IMG/VR virus record: IMGVR_UViG_3300035498_001578
Length of the DNA stretch: 64,000 nt
Reading direction: 5' to 3' (one strand)
Source of the DNA: an uncultured virus (IMG/VR IMGVR_UViG_3300035498_001578)
Taxonomy: Duplodnaviria; Heunggongvirae; Uroviricota; Caudoviricetes
The translations under genes and the position numbers were made by a program. How positions within the stretch are numbered: the stretch's first letter is position 1; the number at the start of each line of letters is the position of its first letter. Positions 1-10,470 of the stretch are shown in pieces. The notes beneath the pieces were generated by a model. The model did no database searches. It saw nothing but the letters and a program-made list of their open reading frames with translations, and was not told where the DNA came from.

Positions 1-57
1 TGATATAATATAATCGTAAACAAAAAGAGTGATTACAAAAAAGGAGGAATGTAAAGA

Positions 58-222
58 ATGGTAAAGATGGTGAATGGTAATTATTATGTTAGGTGTGATT
101 GTTGCGGTAAAAAGGGTAAAGTAAATGAGCAGACTTATCTAAAATTACTCTTTGGTAAGGAAAAGACTATTTATTGCCCAACGTGTTTTAAAGAAAGAAA
201 TATGAACAAAGAAGCTATGTAG
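58..222 (+). CDS. Small zinc-ribbon protein (54 aa, CxxC...CxxC)
   Basis: Translated by hand: MVKMVNGNYYVRCDCCG...YCPTCFKE...; AAGGAGG RBS at 41-47; below the ORF-track cutoff. Confidence 0.7.
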   Translation: MVKMVNGNYYVRCDCCGKKGKVNEQTYLKLLFGKEKTIYCPTCFKERNMNKEAM

Positions 223-364
223 CAAAAAACAAAGAAGTTTTTCTAAACAAAGCGTTATCTAATTTTTTATATATATATTTTATACCTTCAAAGTGAAAAG
301 GCAGGTAAATAATATTACCTGTCTTTTTCATCATTTATATTTATTTTTTCATCATTTATATTTC

Positions 365-823
365 TTAAAATCCCATTGTCTTTAAATCTTTTTCATTGTC
401 TACTACTATACCATTTATCATTATATTATATTTAGTTTCCTCTGTGTATTGTGGTACTTCCTTCTTTATATATTCGTATGTATAATATCCTCTCTTATTT
501 AAGAACATACCACACTTTGATTTTAACTCACCATTGCTTATATAAAAATCACATACTTCTTCTTTTGGTATACCTTGGTAAGAAACATATTCTTTCTTAA
601 TCTTATCCGCTAACTTATTTACCTCGTCCTCAGAAAACTCAATATCAAACATTATTTCTTCTTCTACTTCTTTAAGTTCAGGGTTATCTAATTCAGTATC
701 ATAAATCTTATAACTTGCAAATACACTAAGCTCATTCTTATCCTTAATCTCATATTTTTCCTCAAAGGCTTCTATGTTTGCTATTTTCTTAAAGCTCGCA
801 AATCTTCTTAATATCTTATTCAT
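365..823 (-). CDS. Hypothetical protein, distant paralog of 1142-1645
   Basis: 152-aa ORF with GAGGAG RBS; IEFSEDEVNKLADKI resembles IKFSKEEIPELANKL. Confidence 0.7.
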   Translation of the reverse strand: MNKILRRFASFKKIANIEAFEEKYEIKDKNELSVFASYKIYDTELDNPELKEVEEEIMFDIEFSEDEVNKLADKIKKEYVSYQGIPKEEVCDFYISNGELKSKCGMFLNKRGYYTYEYIKKEVPQYTEETKYNIMINGIVVDNEKDLKTMGF

Positions 824-1141
824 ATTCCTATCTCCTCTCCTTTATTTTTAGAAAATTTTTAGAAAATTTTTAGAAAACTCTTTTTAATTTTTAAATATAC
901 TATATGCTTATTTACTATTATAGATAACTTTGTCTAATAACAAAAAATTGCATAATCAGAAATTTACATAATCAAAAATTTGCATAATCATAATTTCCCC
1001 ATTCAATTCTATTAAAGATAATGATTATTAAAAAACATTATTAAAAAAACATTATTAAAAATAAACATTTTAAAAAATTAAACATTTAAAAAAAATAAGT
1101 AATAAAATATTAAGTAAAGAAAGTTTTTTATAATAGAGAGG

Positions 1142-1645
1142 TTGAATAATATGAAAAGAAGATGTTTTATAAGAAAATCTGCTCAGAAACGCTTACTTAG
1201 AATATCTTATGATATTATAGAGGATTTTATAGAAGATTTTGATATAACCGATAATAACAATACTTGTGAATTAGAATATATTCTTACTTTAGTTTATGAT
1301 GAAAATAATTATCACGACTTAAATGTTGATGATTCAAAAATATCTAACGCTTTCTCAGGGCTTAAAATTAAATTCTCAAAAGAAGAAATTCCTGAACTTG
1401 CTAATAAATTAGCTGCTGAAATAGAAAGAATTTTAGGCACTAAAGAAATTATTTATTGGATTGATAATGAACAGCTCGCAGTAGAGCTTAATTCCTTTAA
1501 TAAACTTATTACTAAAAAAGACTTACGCTCAAACAAAGAATATGATGAAAATAATCTTAAAATAATTATTAATTTTGGACTATTAATAAATGATTATGAA
1601 ATGTTCTCCGCAGGTTATCTTAATACGATTGGTTTTAGTAATTAA
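1142..1645 (+). CDS. Hypothetical protein, distant paralog of 365-823
   Basis: 167-aa ORF (ATG at 1151 is the likely start), followed by a hairpin with U-tract at about 1678-1707. Confidence 0.7.
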   Translation: MNNMKRRCFIRKSAQKRLLRISYDIIEDFIEDFDITDNNNTCELEYILTLVYDENNYHDLNVDDSKISNAFSGLKIKFSKEEIPELANKLAAEIERILGTKEIIYWIDNEQLAVELNSFNKLITKKDLRSNKEYDENNLKIIINFGLLINDYEMFSAGYLNTIGFSN

Positions 1646-1818
1646 TTTTTTTATTATAATAAATAAAACAATTATCAAAGGGAGTATTTTTTATACTTCC
1701 TTTTTTTGTTATTTATAAAGAACCCTTATTTATAATTATATTATTTGTTATTATTTTTGTAAAGAAATAATAGAATCTTTCATAAAATTATTTTTTACAA
1801 TAAAAAGGACGTGATTAA

Positions 1819-3228
1819 ATGTATGCCAGTGATTCAATATATCAAATATTAAATAATGAGCAAAGCTTAACAATTGAAATAAATTCTGCAAGTGATTTAA
1901 TAGATGCTCTCAATAATACAGATTTTTCTGATTATAGTAAATGGTGTGATGACGAAAACTCCAGTAATCCAAAAGAAATAGGTGTTATCTTTAATATAAA
2001 CGCAGATTTGGATTTTTCTTATATTAAAACATATACACATTTTGTTACTGCCAAAAACAATACTTTTATAGCCAACCTTATTATTTTGGGAAACGGACAT
2101 ACCATATCTAATATTGAATCGAAAGATATAGTAGAAACTGACTTAGATTTGTTACTATTAGAAGATGATGCAGATATGGAAGATGTATTCATAAATACAA
2201 AAACAGGACTTGATTTGTATTTTTATGCTAATTGTCAAATTTTTGATTTATCTTTCGATAATATAACAATAAATTATTCTCACTCACCATTTAGTTTTTT
2301 TGCTTATGTAAATTATGCTAAGAATGTACAATTTTTATATACTTGTAATATTAAAGCCACTACAATCGCTTTATTCCCAAATGGTTATTATCGAGAACAA
2401 CCTTTTATTGTAGATATGAGTTCAGATTGGGCTACACAACCTATATATTGTGCTTTATATTTAAATGAAAGTTATGGAGAAGTTAATAATTCTTTAAACG
2501 ATTTAAAAACAATTAATACAATAGAATCTTGTGTAATTGACGGTACTTATAAAACTTTTAATTTTGTTGGCTACCAAGGTTATTATTTGTTAAATAATCG
2601 AATAGCAGGCGATATTACTTTAAATCCTGATAATCTATACTTTGGAATTGCAAGTGTCTCTAATGCAGGTTCTAAAGCAGAATATGTTTTATATAATTGT
2701 CCTCGTTTACCAGAAAATGGTTCTTCAACAACAGGATATGATAAATATAGAGTTGAGAACTTAACTAAATTTGTTAGTTATAATGGATTTGTTTGTTGTA
2801 ATTTGTGTTATGATTGTACTTCTTCCGCAACAATAACAATTAATGATGTATCTGATGATTTAGGATTTAGTTATAGAGCGTTAGGACTTTTTTCTACAAG
2901 CAGTAATTACTCTCAAATTCAAGCTTATGAAAATAATTCTACATATAGAAAAATATTTAATTTTAAATCTACTGATAAACTTACTTTGAATACCGAAAGT
3001 GATACTATTAATTATAGTGATGGATATAAAATAATTCAACCTATTTCATCAATTTATAAAAATTATTATATAACAGGTTCTTCCTATGCGAAAGGTAATA
3101 TACCAAAATCCTTAACTTCAAGTACCTATCGTATGGAGGGTGGGGAAGATTATATTATTTTTGTACACGAAAAACTTTCCTCTGATGACATAGAAAAACT
3201 TAACTGTACTCAAATATCTATTGTATAA
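1819..3228 (+). CDS. Putative beta-rich surface/virion protein (GLUG-associated-like N-terminus)
   Basis: 469 aa, N/S/T/Y-rich; INADLDFS...ILGNGHTISNI resembles the DLDF...GNGHTISNL pattern of GLUG-type proteins. Confidence 0.45.
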   Translation: MYASDSIYQILNNEQSLTIEINSASDLIDALNNTDFSDYSKWCDDENSSNPKEIGVIFNINADLDFSYIKTYTHFVTAKNNTFIANLIILGNGHTISNIESKDIVETDLDLLLLEDDADMEDVFINTKTGLDLYFYANCQIFDLSFDNITINYSHSPFSFFAYVNYAKNVQFLYTCNIKATTIALFPNGYYREQPFIVDMSSDWATQPIYCALYLNESYGEVNNSLNDLKTINTIESCVIDGTYKTFNFVGYQGYYLLNNRIAGDITLNPDNLYFGIASVSNAGSKAEYVLYNCPRLPENGSSTTGYDKYRVENLTKFVSYNGFVCCNLCYDCTSSATITINDVSDDLGFSYRALGLFSTSSNYSQIQAYENNSTYRKIFNFKSTDKLTLNTESDTINYSDGYKIIQPISSIYKNYYITGSSYAKGNIPKSLTSSTYRMEGGEDYIIFVHEKLSSDDIEKLNCTQISIV

Positions 3229-3512
3229 AAGCTATTATATAAAATTTGATTTAAATATAAGTTTATCTATTGAATAAAGTAAAAGAAAAATGAAATTTAT
3301 AATCAATACTAAGAGGGTATAATAAAACCCTCTTATTTTATTGTTTTCTTTACAAAAAGAAGATTATCATAAAAAAACAAATATTAAAAAACAATTATTA
3401 AAAAAACAATTATTAAAAAAACAATTATTAAAAAAACAATTATAAATAAAACGCTATCATAAATAAAAATAGTTTAATCCAACAATATTCTTTCTAATAA
3501 TATTCTTTCTAA

Positions 3513-4146
3513 GGGGTATTTTCCAAATTTTTTCATGAAAATTTTTTATATAGGATTTTTATCTATAGAAAATGAATGAAAATTATTATAAAGAAAGCTC
3601 TGTTATAAAGAAAAATAATTAAATGTTGCAGTAAATATTATGTAAAAAAAAGTATAAGCGATTTTATGAGTTAATAATAAATAATAAAACAATAAATAAA
3701 CTTCTAATAATATTTCTGATAATAAGAGATAAACAATAAACAGTAAAGAATATTTTAATAATAAAAGCTCTATTATGAAAAACAATTACAATATATAATA
3801 ATTATTTATTACAGCCATTAAATAATCTACCACCCTATTTTTCCAAAAAAATTTCATGAATTTTTTTCGCCATAGAGTTTTGTTCTATAGAAAACGATTA
3901 AAATTTATATATAGAAATAATTTATAGAAACGGGTTATAAGAAAGATTTATAGAAACGATTATTTATAGTTCGCTTATTAAAACATTTAACAACAAATAA
4001 AAAAAATAAACAAAGAATAAACAATAGATTATCTTAATAAACCATTTAATAAAATATTTAATATTTCTTTTTATAATTACCAAGCCCGTTTTTCTCAAAA
4101 TTTTTTCATGAAAATTTTTTACCATAGTATTTTATTCTACAAAAAA
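3513..4146. repeat. Three ~60-bp dispersed direct repeats centred on the palindrome TTCATGAA
   Basis: Copies at about 3513-3572, 3834-3894 and 4085-4146. Confidence 0.7.
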
Positions 4147-5500
4147 TCATTAAATTATATATAGAGAAAATAATGTATAGAGAAATAACATATAAAGAAA
4201 CAATAATTAAATAACATATATAAATATAGCTCAATAAATGCCGTTTGATAATTGTTGCTTTCCCAAAAAACAGCTCAAAAATTACCCCGTAATTTAAGGG
4301 GGGTATGCCCAGCAATATATACAAAAAACGGGTTTTTTTGGCGACTTTTTTAGGCACTTTTTAGGCTATTTTTACCCTTATTTTTCTCTGTTTTTACCTA
4401 AAAATTAGCCTATTTTTAAGCATTTTTATACAATTTTAAAAAAATATATTTAAGAATTTTGTTGTGTTTATATACAAAATCCACCTTTTAAATATGTTAT
4501 TTTTGTATATAACGCTGATTTTTAGCTATTGTAATCTTGTTTAAAAACAAGGTTATTTTTAGGCGGTTTTTTAGCTATATTTTTGTAAAATAGCCGATTT
4601 TATCATTGTTAAATATATACAAATATCATATGGTGTTTTTGAACACATTAAACAAGCAATTTTTGAACATTTTGTTTAAAAAGCAAAGCTTATTTTTGTT
4701 AAATATTTAAAGCCGATTTTTCCATACCAATTTTGTTATAACTATTATTCAGATTATAACATAAAGTCGTAAATTCTGAAAAAAGGCGAAAATTTATTAT
4801 ACTATTTTTCATATAATGATTAAAAGAATTATACAATATTTGTTATATGGTATAAATTGGAAAAAATAGACACTTAAAAAATTAAGTTTTCATCAGACAA
4901 AACACAATACCGCTGTATATCGCTTTATTTTGCCCATATACGGCGATATTTTGCGTTGTGGTATAATTTATCTATACAAACGGATAAAAGGCAAATAAAG
5001 CCGTTTAAAGCGTATTTACAAGCATATACAAGCTAATACTCAATCAGATATCAAGAATAAAATTAGTTATTGCCTGCCGTCATACTCAAAAAGTCAAACA
5101 TAGGCTTATAATGCGTTATTTTGCATTTTACGGCGGTTCATTTGCATAGTCGATAAATTCCACGCATACAAGTTAAAACGCCGTTAAATAAGCAAACAAA
5201 CGGCAAATATGAGATATGTGCAAGCATTGAATATTATGAAATATGATATAAAACACACAACGCAAAAGTGTTTATTTTTATGTATTTTATGTAATAGAAG
5301 GAATTATTCAGAAAATCAAAATTAAAAGGCTTGCAAGTCCTTTAAATAAAGGCTTTACGGTTTTTTTGAAAATCAATATATACAATGCTGATTTTTTGCT
5401 GGAATCAGCTCAATATTATAAATATTGCACAATCAAAAGTATTAAACTAAAAAAGTTTTTGTGCAAATAAATGAAATTGCAAATTTGCTTAAAAAAGTAT

Positions 5501-5646
5501 TTGACAATTGGCGGTCGTTGTAGTATAATAATAAGTGTCAAAGGGAAATGACAACAACGACACGCAAGGCGGTCGAAAAAAAGTTTTGAAAAATATGAAA
5601 AAACTTTAAAAAACCTATTGACAAATGCTAAAAAGTATGGTATAAT
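5501..5646 (+). promoter_or_regulatory. Two tandem consensus sigmaA promoters
   Basis: TTGACA-17-TATAAT at 5501-5529 and 5618-5646. Confidence 0.85.
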
Positions 5647-5746
5647 GTAATTACCATAAAGGTGAGGGCAACGCCGCACCGATAACACAAAACCTATAAC
5701 TAAACCATTTAATATAATGGTTCTGAATTTCAAGGAGGAAATGACT

Positions 5747-6739
5747 ATGTTAAACAACACAACACTCACACTCACAAACAGATTTTCAACAAACGATAAT
5801 GCACTTGTTATGGAGTGCAACAACGATGTAACAGTTCTTTGCGAAAAGTTTGGTTTGAACTTTTTGCCTACTGTATCAGCAATAACAGATACAAGATTGC
5901 GTGGTACAAATAGGGCAACAGATGTGCCAGCAATCATTGTTGACCCTAGAGATGAAATGCAAATGATGGGTAGTAAAATCGTAACTACTCGTTACAATGT
6001 AGTTAGTTATTATGAAGCCTTTACAAACTTGTTTGAACAGCTTAAAACTGTTGCAAGCGAACCAAAAATCGTAAACTTGTTTACCTATGATAATGCACTC
6101 GGTGCGTATCTTGTAGTAAAGACTGAATCAATCGGCACAAACGGCGGTTTGTACTTTGTATTGAGAAATTCTTTTGACGGCGATAAGGCTATAAAGGTTT
6201 TCGCTATCGTAAAGATTGACAATGTTGAGTACACACTCACAAACACTCTTGACGGTGACTTAAATCACACTGAAAACGCCGATAACAAAATTAAAGGTCA
6301 TTTCTATGACTTTTATAACAAGGTTATCAATGAGAAAAAGGAAATCATTGAAAAAGTTCTTGCTCTTAAAGCTAAAAAGGCTTTTAGGGTAAACAAGTAC
6401 AACGAGGTTGCACTTGATAATAACTTTACAAACCTTCTGAAAAATGTTTTCCAAACAAAAGACTTTTCAGATAAAGCCATAAGAGAATATGGCGTAAAAA
6501 CTCGTGAGGAATTTTACGAGAAAATTACAAACGAGCTTGAAAACACCTATTACGCTAATCCTATGGATATTCTCAAGGCTATCAACGCACTCGAACCAAA
6601 CAGAAAACCACAGCGTGTTCACGATAGCGGTGAAGCGTGGGTACAGCGTGAGGTTGAAAACTTCTTGCAAGGCAAGGGCAACAACAACAAGACTTTTAAC
6701 TCAATCTATAACTTGTTTAAAGATGTAGTAACCGAGTGA
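5747..6739 (+). CDS. DUF932-like phage/plasmid protein
   Basis: Motifs VTTRYNVVSYYEAF and LRNSFDGDKAI; AAGGAGG RBS at 5732; terminator AGGCGGTAC-AAACC-GTACCGCCT at 6751-6773. Confidence 0.65.
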   Translation: MLNNTTLTLTNRFSTNDNALVMECNNDVTVLCEKFGLNFLPTVSAITDTRLRGTNRATDVPAIIVDPRDEMQMMGSKIVTTRYNVVSYYEAFTNLFEQLKTVASEPKIVNLFTYDNALGAYLVVKTESIGTNGGLYFVLRNSFDGDKAIKVFAIVKIDNVEYTLTNTLDGDLNHTENADNKIKGHFYDFYNKVINEKKEIIEKVLALKAKKAFRVNKYNEVALDNNFTNLLKNVFQTKDFSDKAIREYGVKTREEFYEKITNELENTYYANPMDILKAINALEPNRKPQRVHDSGEAWVQREVENFLQGKGNNNKTFNSIYNLFKDVVTE

Positions 6740-6894
6740 TAAAAAAGAAAAGGCGGTACAAACCGTACCGCCTATCTTTTTGAAATAACATAGAAATAAC
6801 AAGGGTTATTTGTGGGCAAAAATCAAAAAGCCGTAAAGAAATAATTTTGCCTAAAGCAAATAGCAAAATACAATTAAAGATTGGAGTGTACACA

Positions 6895-7623
6895 ATGAGT
6901 AACAAGAAAAGACTTGTAATATTGATATTGATAATATTATATTTTATAGCCGCATATATTGCCTATAAAGTTTTTGACGGTGATAAGAATAGCACTGAAA
7001 ATGTGGTACTTTATGCTCAAACCACCATAACTCCACAGTTATCGACTACCCCAACAGGTATTGAAAAATCCTATATAGTCGCTGATGGCAATAGTGCTGA
7101 TGTTATACAGTTGACTACTGAAACTCCCATAACAACGACTACCCTAACAGACATTTCACCAATAGCCTATGAGGTAGCAAGCGAAACGACAACAATACAA
7201 ATACAAACTACTACCATACAGCCGACTACCCTAATAGACACAACAACAGAGGCTACAACCATTCAGAATTATTCAGATGAGGACCTGTATTGGTTGAGCC
7301 GAGTGATAGATGCTGAAGCTTCTGATTGTTGTACAGACGAGCATAAATTGTGGGTAGGTACAGTAGTTATGAATAGAGTTGATAGTTTACAATTTCCTAA
7401 TACAGTAAAAGGTGTTATTACGCAAGCAGGGCAATATGAAACCTATATCAATGGTACAATATATAACTACCCCAGCAGACGGTCAATAGATGCAGCCATA
7501 AAATTATTGAATGGGTATAGACCACCAAATTCACAAGGCTGTATTTGGCAAGCAAACTTTATACAAGGTCAAGTGGTTAGAACATTTCAAACCTCATTTA
7601 GTACAACATATATTTGTAGGTAA
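6895..7623 (+). CDS. SleB-type cell wall hydrolase (Hydrolase_2) with N-terminal membrane anchor and Thr-rich linker
   Basis: DLYWLSRVIDAEA...VGTVVMNRVDSLQFPNTVKGVITQAGQY; hydrophobic N-terminus. Confidence 0.85.
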   Translation: MSNKKRLVILILIILYFIAAYIAYKVFDGDKNSTENVVLYAQTTITPQLSTTPTGIEKSYIVADGNSADVIQLTTETPITTTTLTDISPIAYEVASETTTIQIQTTTIQPTTLIDTTTEATTIQNYSDEDLYWLSRVIDAEASDCCTDEHKLWVGTVVMNRVDSLQFPNTVKGVITQAGQYETYINGTIYNYPSRRSIDAAIKLLNGYRPPNSQGCIWQANFIQGQVVRTFQTSFSTTYICR

Positions 7624-8829
7624 AAAAGTCAACTACCCTATTAGGTAAAATCAAACAAATGAATAATTATTACATAATTAAAGGATAGAAATGAAAATCT
7701 ATCCTTTATTTTTATTTTAAATATTTAAATTGCATTATAATAAATATCCGATAATAGCGACTACCCTAATAGGCATTATTGCTTATTAAATGATTTATTA
7801 AGGAAAATTTGCTAAAAAATAGTTTTAAATATATTTAGCTCCATAGGTGTTTTAAATAAATATATTATTAAAAATACTTTTCTCCCGAATAATAGGAAAA
7901 ATATTACTACCCTATTAGGTAAAACAAGTATATAAAGAGAAATTATTTATTATAGTAAAATATTTAATTATTCAATATTACTTTATTCTAAGAGCTAAAA
8001 ATGTTGTACCCTAATAGACGAAATAACAATATACAATAAATAGCATATAAAAAATCAATCACTTATAAAACAATAGACTAAACAATAACATAAATCAATT
8101 ACAGCTCCGATGAGCTTTTTTATATTTAAACGAAAACATTTAATAATAGATAAAGTATATTAGGATAAATATTTAATTAAGAATATTTATAATAAATAAA
8201 AATATAAACTCCCTAATAAGTAAAATTATCATATACATAAAATAGGCATATAAGAAACTGAATACTACTAAATCAAAAACAAACATTATTTACAATAGAT
8301 GGATAATCATATAATCAATTTATAATCTATTTATTAAGCTCCTACGCAGCGTAAATAATAAAGCAGATAAATATACAATGAAATATCTATCGTTCAATAC
8401 AAGGCGAAATAAAGCTATTATATATAGGCTAAAAAAGCAACTACCCTGTTAGGTAAAATTAAGATAATTAGATTATTTAATAAATGCCTTAACAATCATT
8501 AGATAAATAAATAAAAAATCCAACAGGACTAAAACAATAAATATAAATAATATCAAACCATCTAATAAGAAAAAGAATAATAAATAATTAAATTATAAAA
8601 ACTTTAAATATTAAGCTTAAAATATTAACTACCCTAATAGACGAATTTAATATATAAAGAAAAATTACAAAACAAACCAATAAATAATCAAGTCCCTAAA
8701 TGAATTATAAAGCCATTATAAATAGATAAATAAATAATTAGATAAATAATACATTAAAATAATTATCATTGAATACAAGGGCAAATAAATTGATTATATA
8801 AAGGGTAAAAATACTACTACCCTATTAGG
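7045..8829 (+). repeat. Array of about 12 same-orientation ACTACCCTAWTAGR repeats
   Basis: Copies near 7045, 7138, 7225, 7466 (in gene) and 7631, 7760, 7906, 8007, 8208, 8440, 8628, 8816. Confidence 0.8.
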
Positions 8830-8905
8830 GAAAATTAAATAAATAAAAACAAGGGTGAATTTTACACTCACCCTTATAGAAGAAATAATTATATTATTCG
8901 CAATA

Positions 8906-9322
8906 TTATTCATAATCAAGTAAAGAACTTATTGAAGGTATGGCTTTTAAAAAGTTATCTATATCATAAATACAAGAGAAATAAATATAACCAATAATAT
9001 TTAGGTTATCTAAAGTATGAATAGATATTTGTTTATCAACAATTAGATTATCCAACACATCAGAAAATTCATTATTTGATAATTTAGTATAATAAGAGAC
9101 ATTAGAAATATCAGCTCCATATAATTTTAAAATAAAATCAATATTATCCATATCTATAGTATCTGAAAAAAATCTAATTTCACCCTTATACATATTTATA
9201 AATAATAATAGAATATCAGCAGAGCTGCCAATTTTTAAAGATTGATTATATTTAACAAGCTCAAACAATTCATTAAAAGTTATTTTATTATTAGTCTTTT
9301 TATTCAATAGATACAAAATCAA
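8906..9322 (-). CDS. Hypothetical protein
   Basis: 138-aa ORF overlapping the stop of 9319-9591. Confidence 0.6.
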   Translation of the reverse strand: MILYLLNKKTNNKITFNELFELVKYNQSLKIGSSADILLLFINMYKGEIRFFSDTIDMDNIDFILKLYGADISNVSYYTKLSNNEFSDVLDNLIVDKQISIHTLDNLNIIGYIYFSCIYDIDNFLKAIPSISSLLDYE

Positions 9323-9591
9323 TCCCCCTTAGTATAAGTATAAGAAATATAATCATCGTCAATAAACCTTTCAGATAAAGTAATTAAATTCCTATTTATA
9401 TTTAAAAGGTTTCCGTTATTCAAGCAAGAAATTGTTTTAAATATATTATCAGGATAAAAACAACTCCATTCCCAATTAGAATAAATAAAACTTTCCATAG
9501 TTTCCTTTAAAATTCTTTCCTTAATAGGTAATTCGATAATTTTCTTATATCCATTATTTAAATTAGTCAACTCAATATTATAATTTAACAT
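9319..9591 (-). CDS. Hypothetical protein
   Basis: 90-aa ORF with AAAGGA RBS. Confidence 0.65.
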   Translation of the reverse strand: MLNYNIELTNLNNGYKKIIELPIKERILKETMESFIYSNWEWSCFYPDNIFKTISCLNNGNLLNINRNLITLSERFIDDDYISYTYTKGD

Positions 9592-9644
9592 TTTATTATT
9601 CCTTTCTCTTTAGTTATAATTATTAAAATTTTTTAAAAATATAT

Positions 9645-10016
9645 TTAACTTACTTGCCAAATACCATCTGGACGCATTTTAGCAATAGTCAATAATTGAA
9701 TTAAAGCTCTCTTAGCGTTACCCTCGGTAGGTTTCCAATAGTCCTCATCTGTATTATCAGATAGATTACTTATAGCCTTATTTAATAAAGGAATAGTTTC
9801 CAATGCAGACTTACCATTAAAGACTTTTGCATAAGTTTCCTCTTGTGGTACATCAAACATAGCAGGGTTTATAACTTTAGAATAATTATAAGTTATGTTT
9901 AGATGCAGTTGATTAGTACCATTAGGGCAATAAGTACCACCGAACATAAAATGCGGATTATCAATAGTTAAAACTTCTTTAGACACTGAATCGCATAAAT
10001 AAAAATCCCAGCTCAT
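9645..10016 (-). CDS. Phage-type hypothetical protein
   Basis: NITYNYS...DYWKPTEGNAKRAL pattern; AAGGAGG RBS. Confidence 0.8.
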   Translation of the reverse strand: MSWDFYLCDSVSKEVLTIDNPHFMFGGTYCPNGTNQLHLNITYNYSKVINPAMFDVPQEETYAKVFNGKSALETIPLLNKAISNLSDNTDEDYWKPTEGNAKRALIQLLTIAKMRPDGIWQVS

Positions 10017-10052
10017 AACAAATCCTCCTTATAAAATTTAGTATAGATTAAT

Positions 10053-10238
10053 TTATCTATTATCTATCAATACAATTTTTCCTAAACTTTTCCTACTGTA
10101 AAGAATAGGTGTATTATCAGATATAGAATATAAGTTATTAAAATCTTTCTTTTCTTTAATAACAGAAGAACATAACTCTTTTCTATCGTTGATTATTTTT
10201 TCTTCCGTATTATGAAAAGTTATAGTATCGTGAACCAT
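10053..10238 (-). CDS. Small hypothetical protein
   Basis: 61 aa, GAGGTG RBS, TTGACA-17-TATAAT promoter at about 10322-10350. Confidence 0.6.
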   Translation of the reverse strand: MVHDTITFHNTEEKIINDRKELCSSVIKEKKDFNNLYSISDNTPILYSRKSLGKIVLIDNR

Positions 10239-10470
10239 ACAAACACCTCTTTAAAAATAAGCATTTAATTATAAATAGCTTTTTAAATTATAAAAGTTTT
10301 TATAAACATTTCACTATTAGTATTATATCACAAAATTTATTATTTGTCAATAACAAAAAAGGGTACTTGTATTAGTACCCTTAGTAAATATTAAATTACT
10401 TCTTTAGTAGTTACATTATCTGTTACATTGTTAGTTTCATTTTTTTCTTTAATTTTATTCACTGCTTTAT

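Noticed and set aside
3603..4357. Hydrophobic ORFs 3603-3785 and 4106-4357 (also 57391-57579 and 63645-63848)
   Set aside because: Low-complexity products of AT-rich repeat DNA with no RBS
5416..5937. Antisense or overlapping ORFs in the track (e.g. 5416-5937, 13284-13622, 25310-25708, 30735-31106, 34899-35294, 59544-60167)
   Set aside because: They shadow better-supported genes and lack RBS or promoter support
6810..6840. c-di-GMP-I riboswitch upstream of the SleB-type gene
   Set aside because: Only GGCAAA matches; the GAAA-capped stem and GACGCAAAGC core are absent
7631..8829. CRISPR array for the nearby Cas12f
   Set aside because: Repeats are only about 14 bp and the gaps are 100-230 bp and irregular
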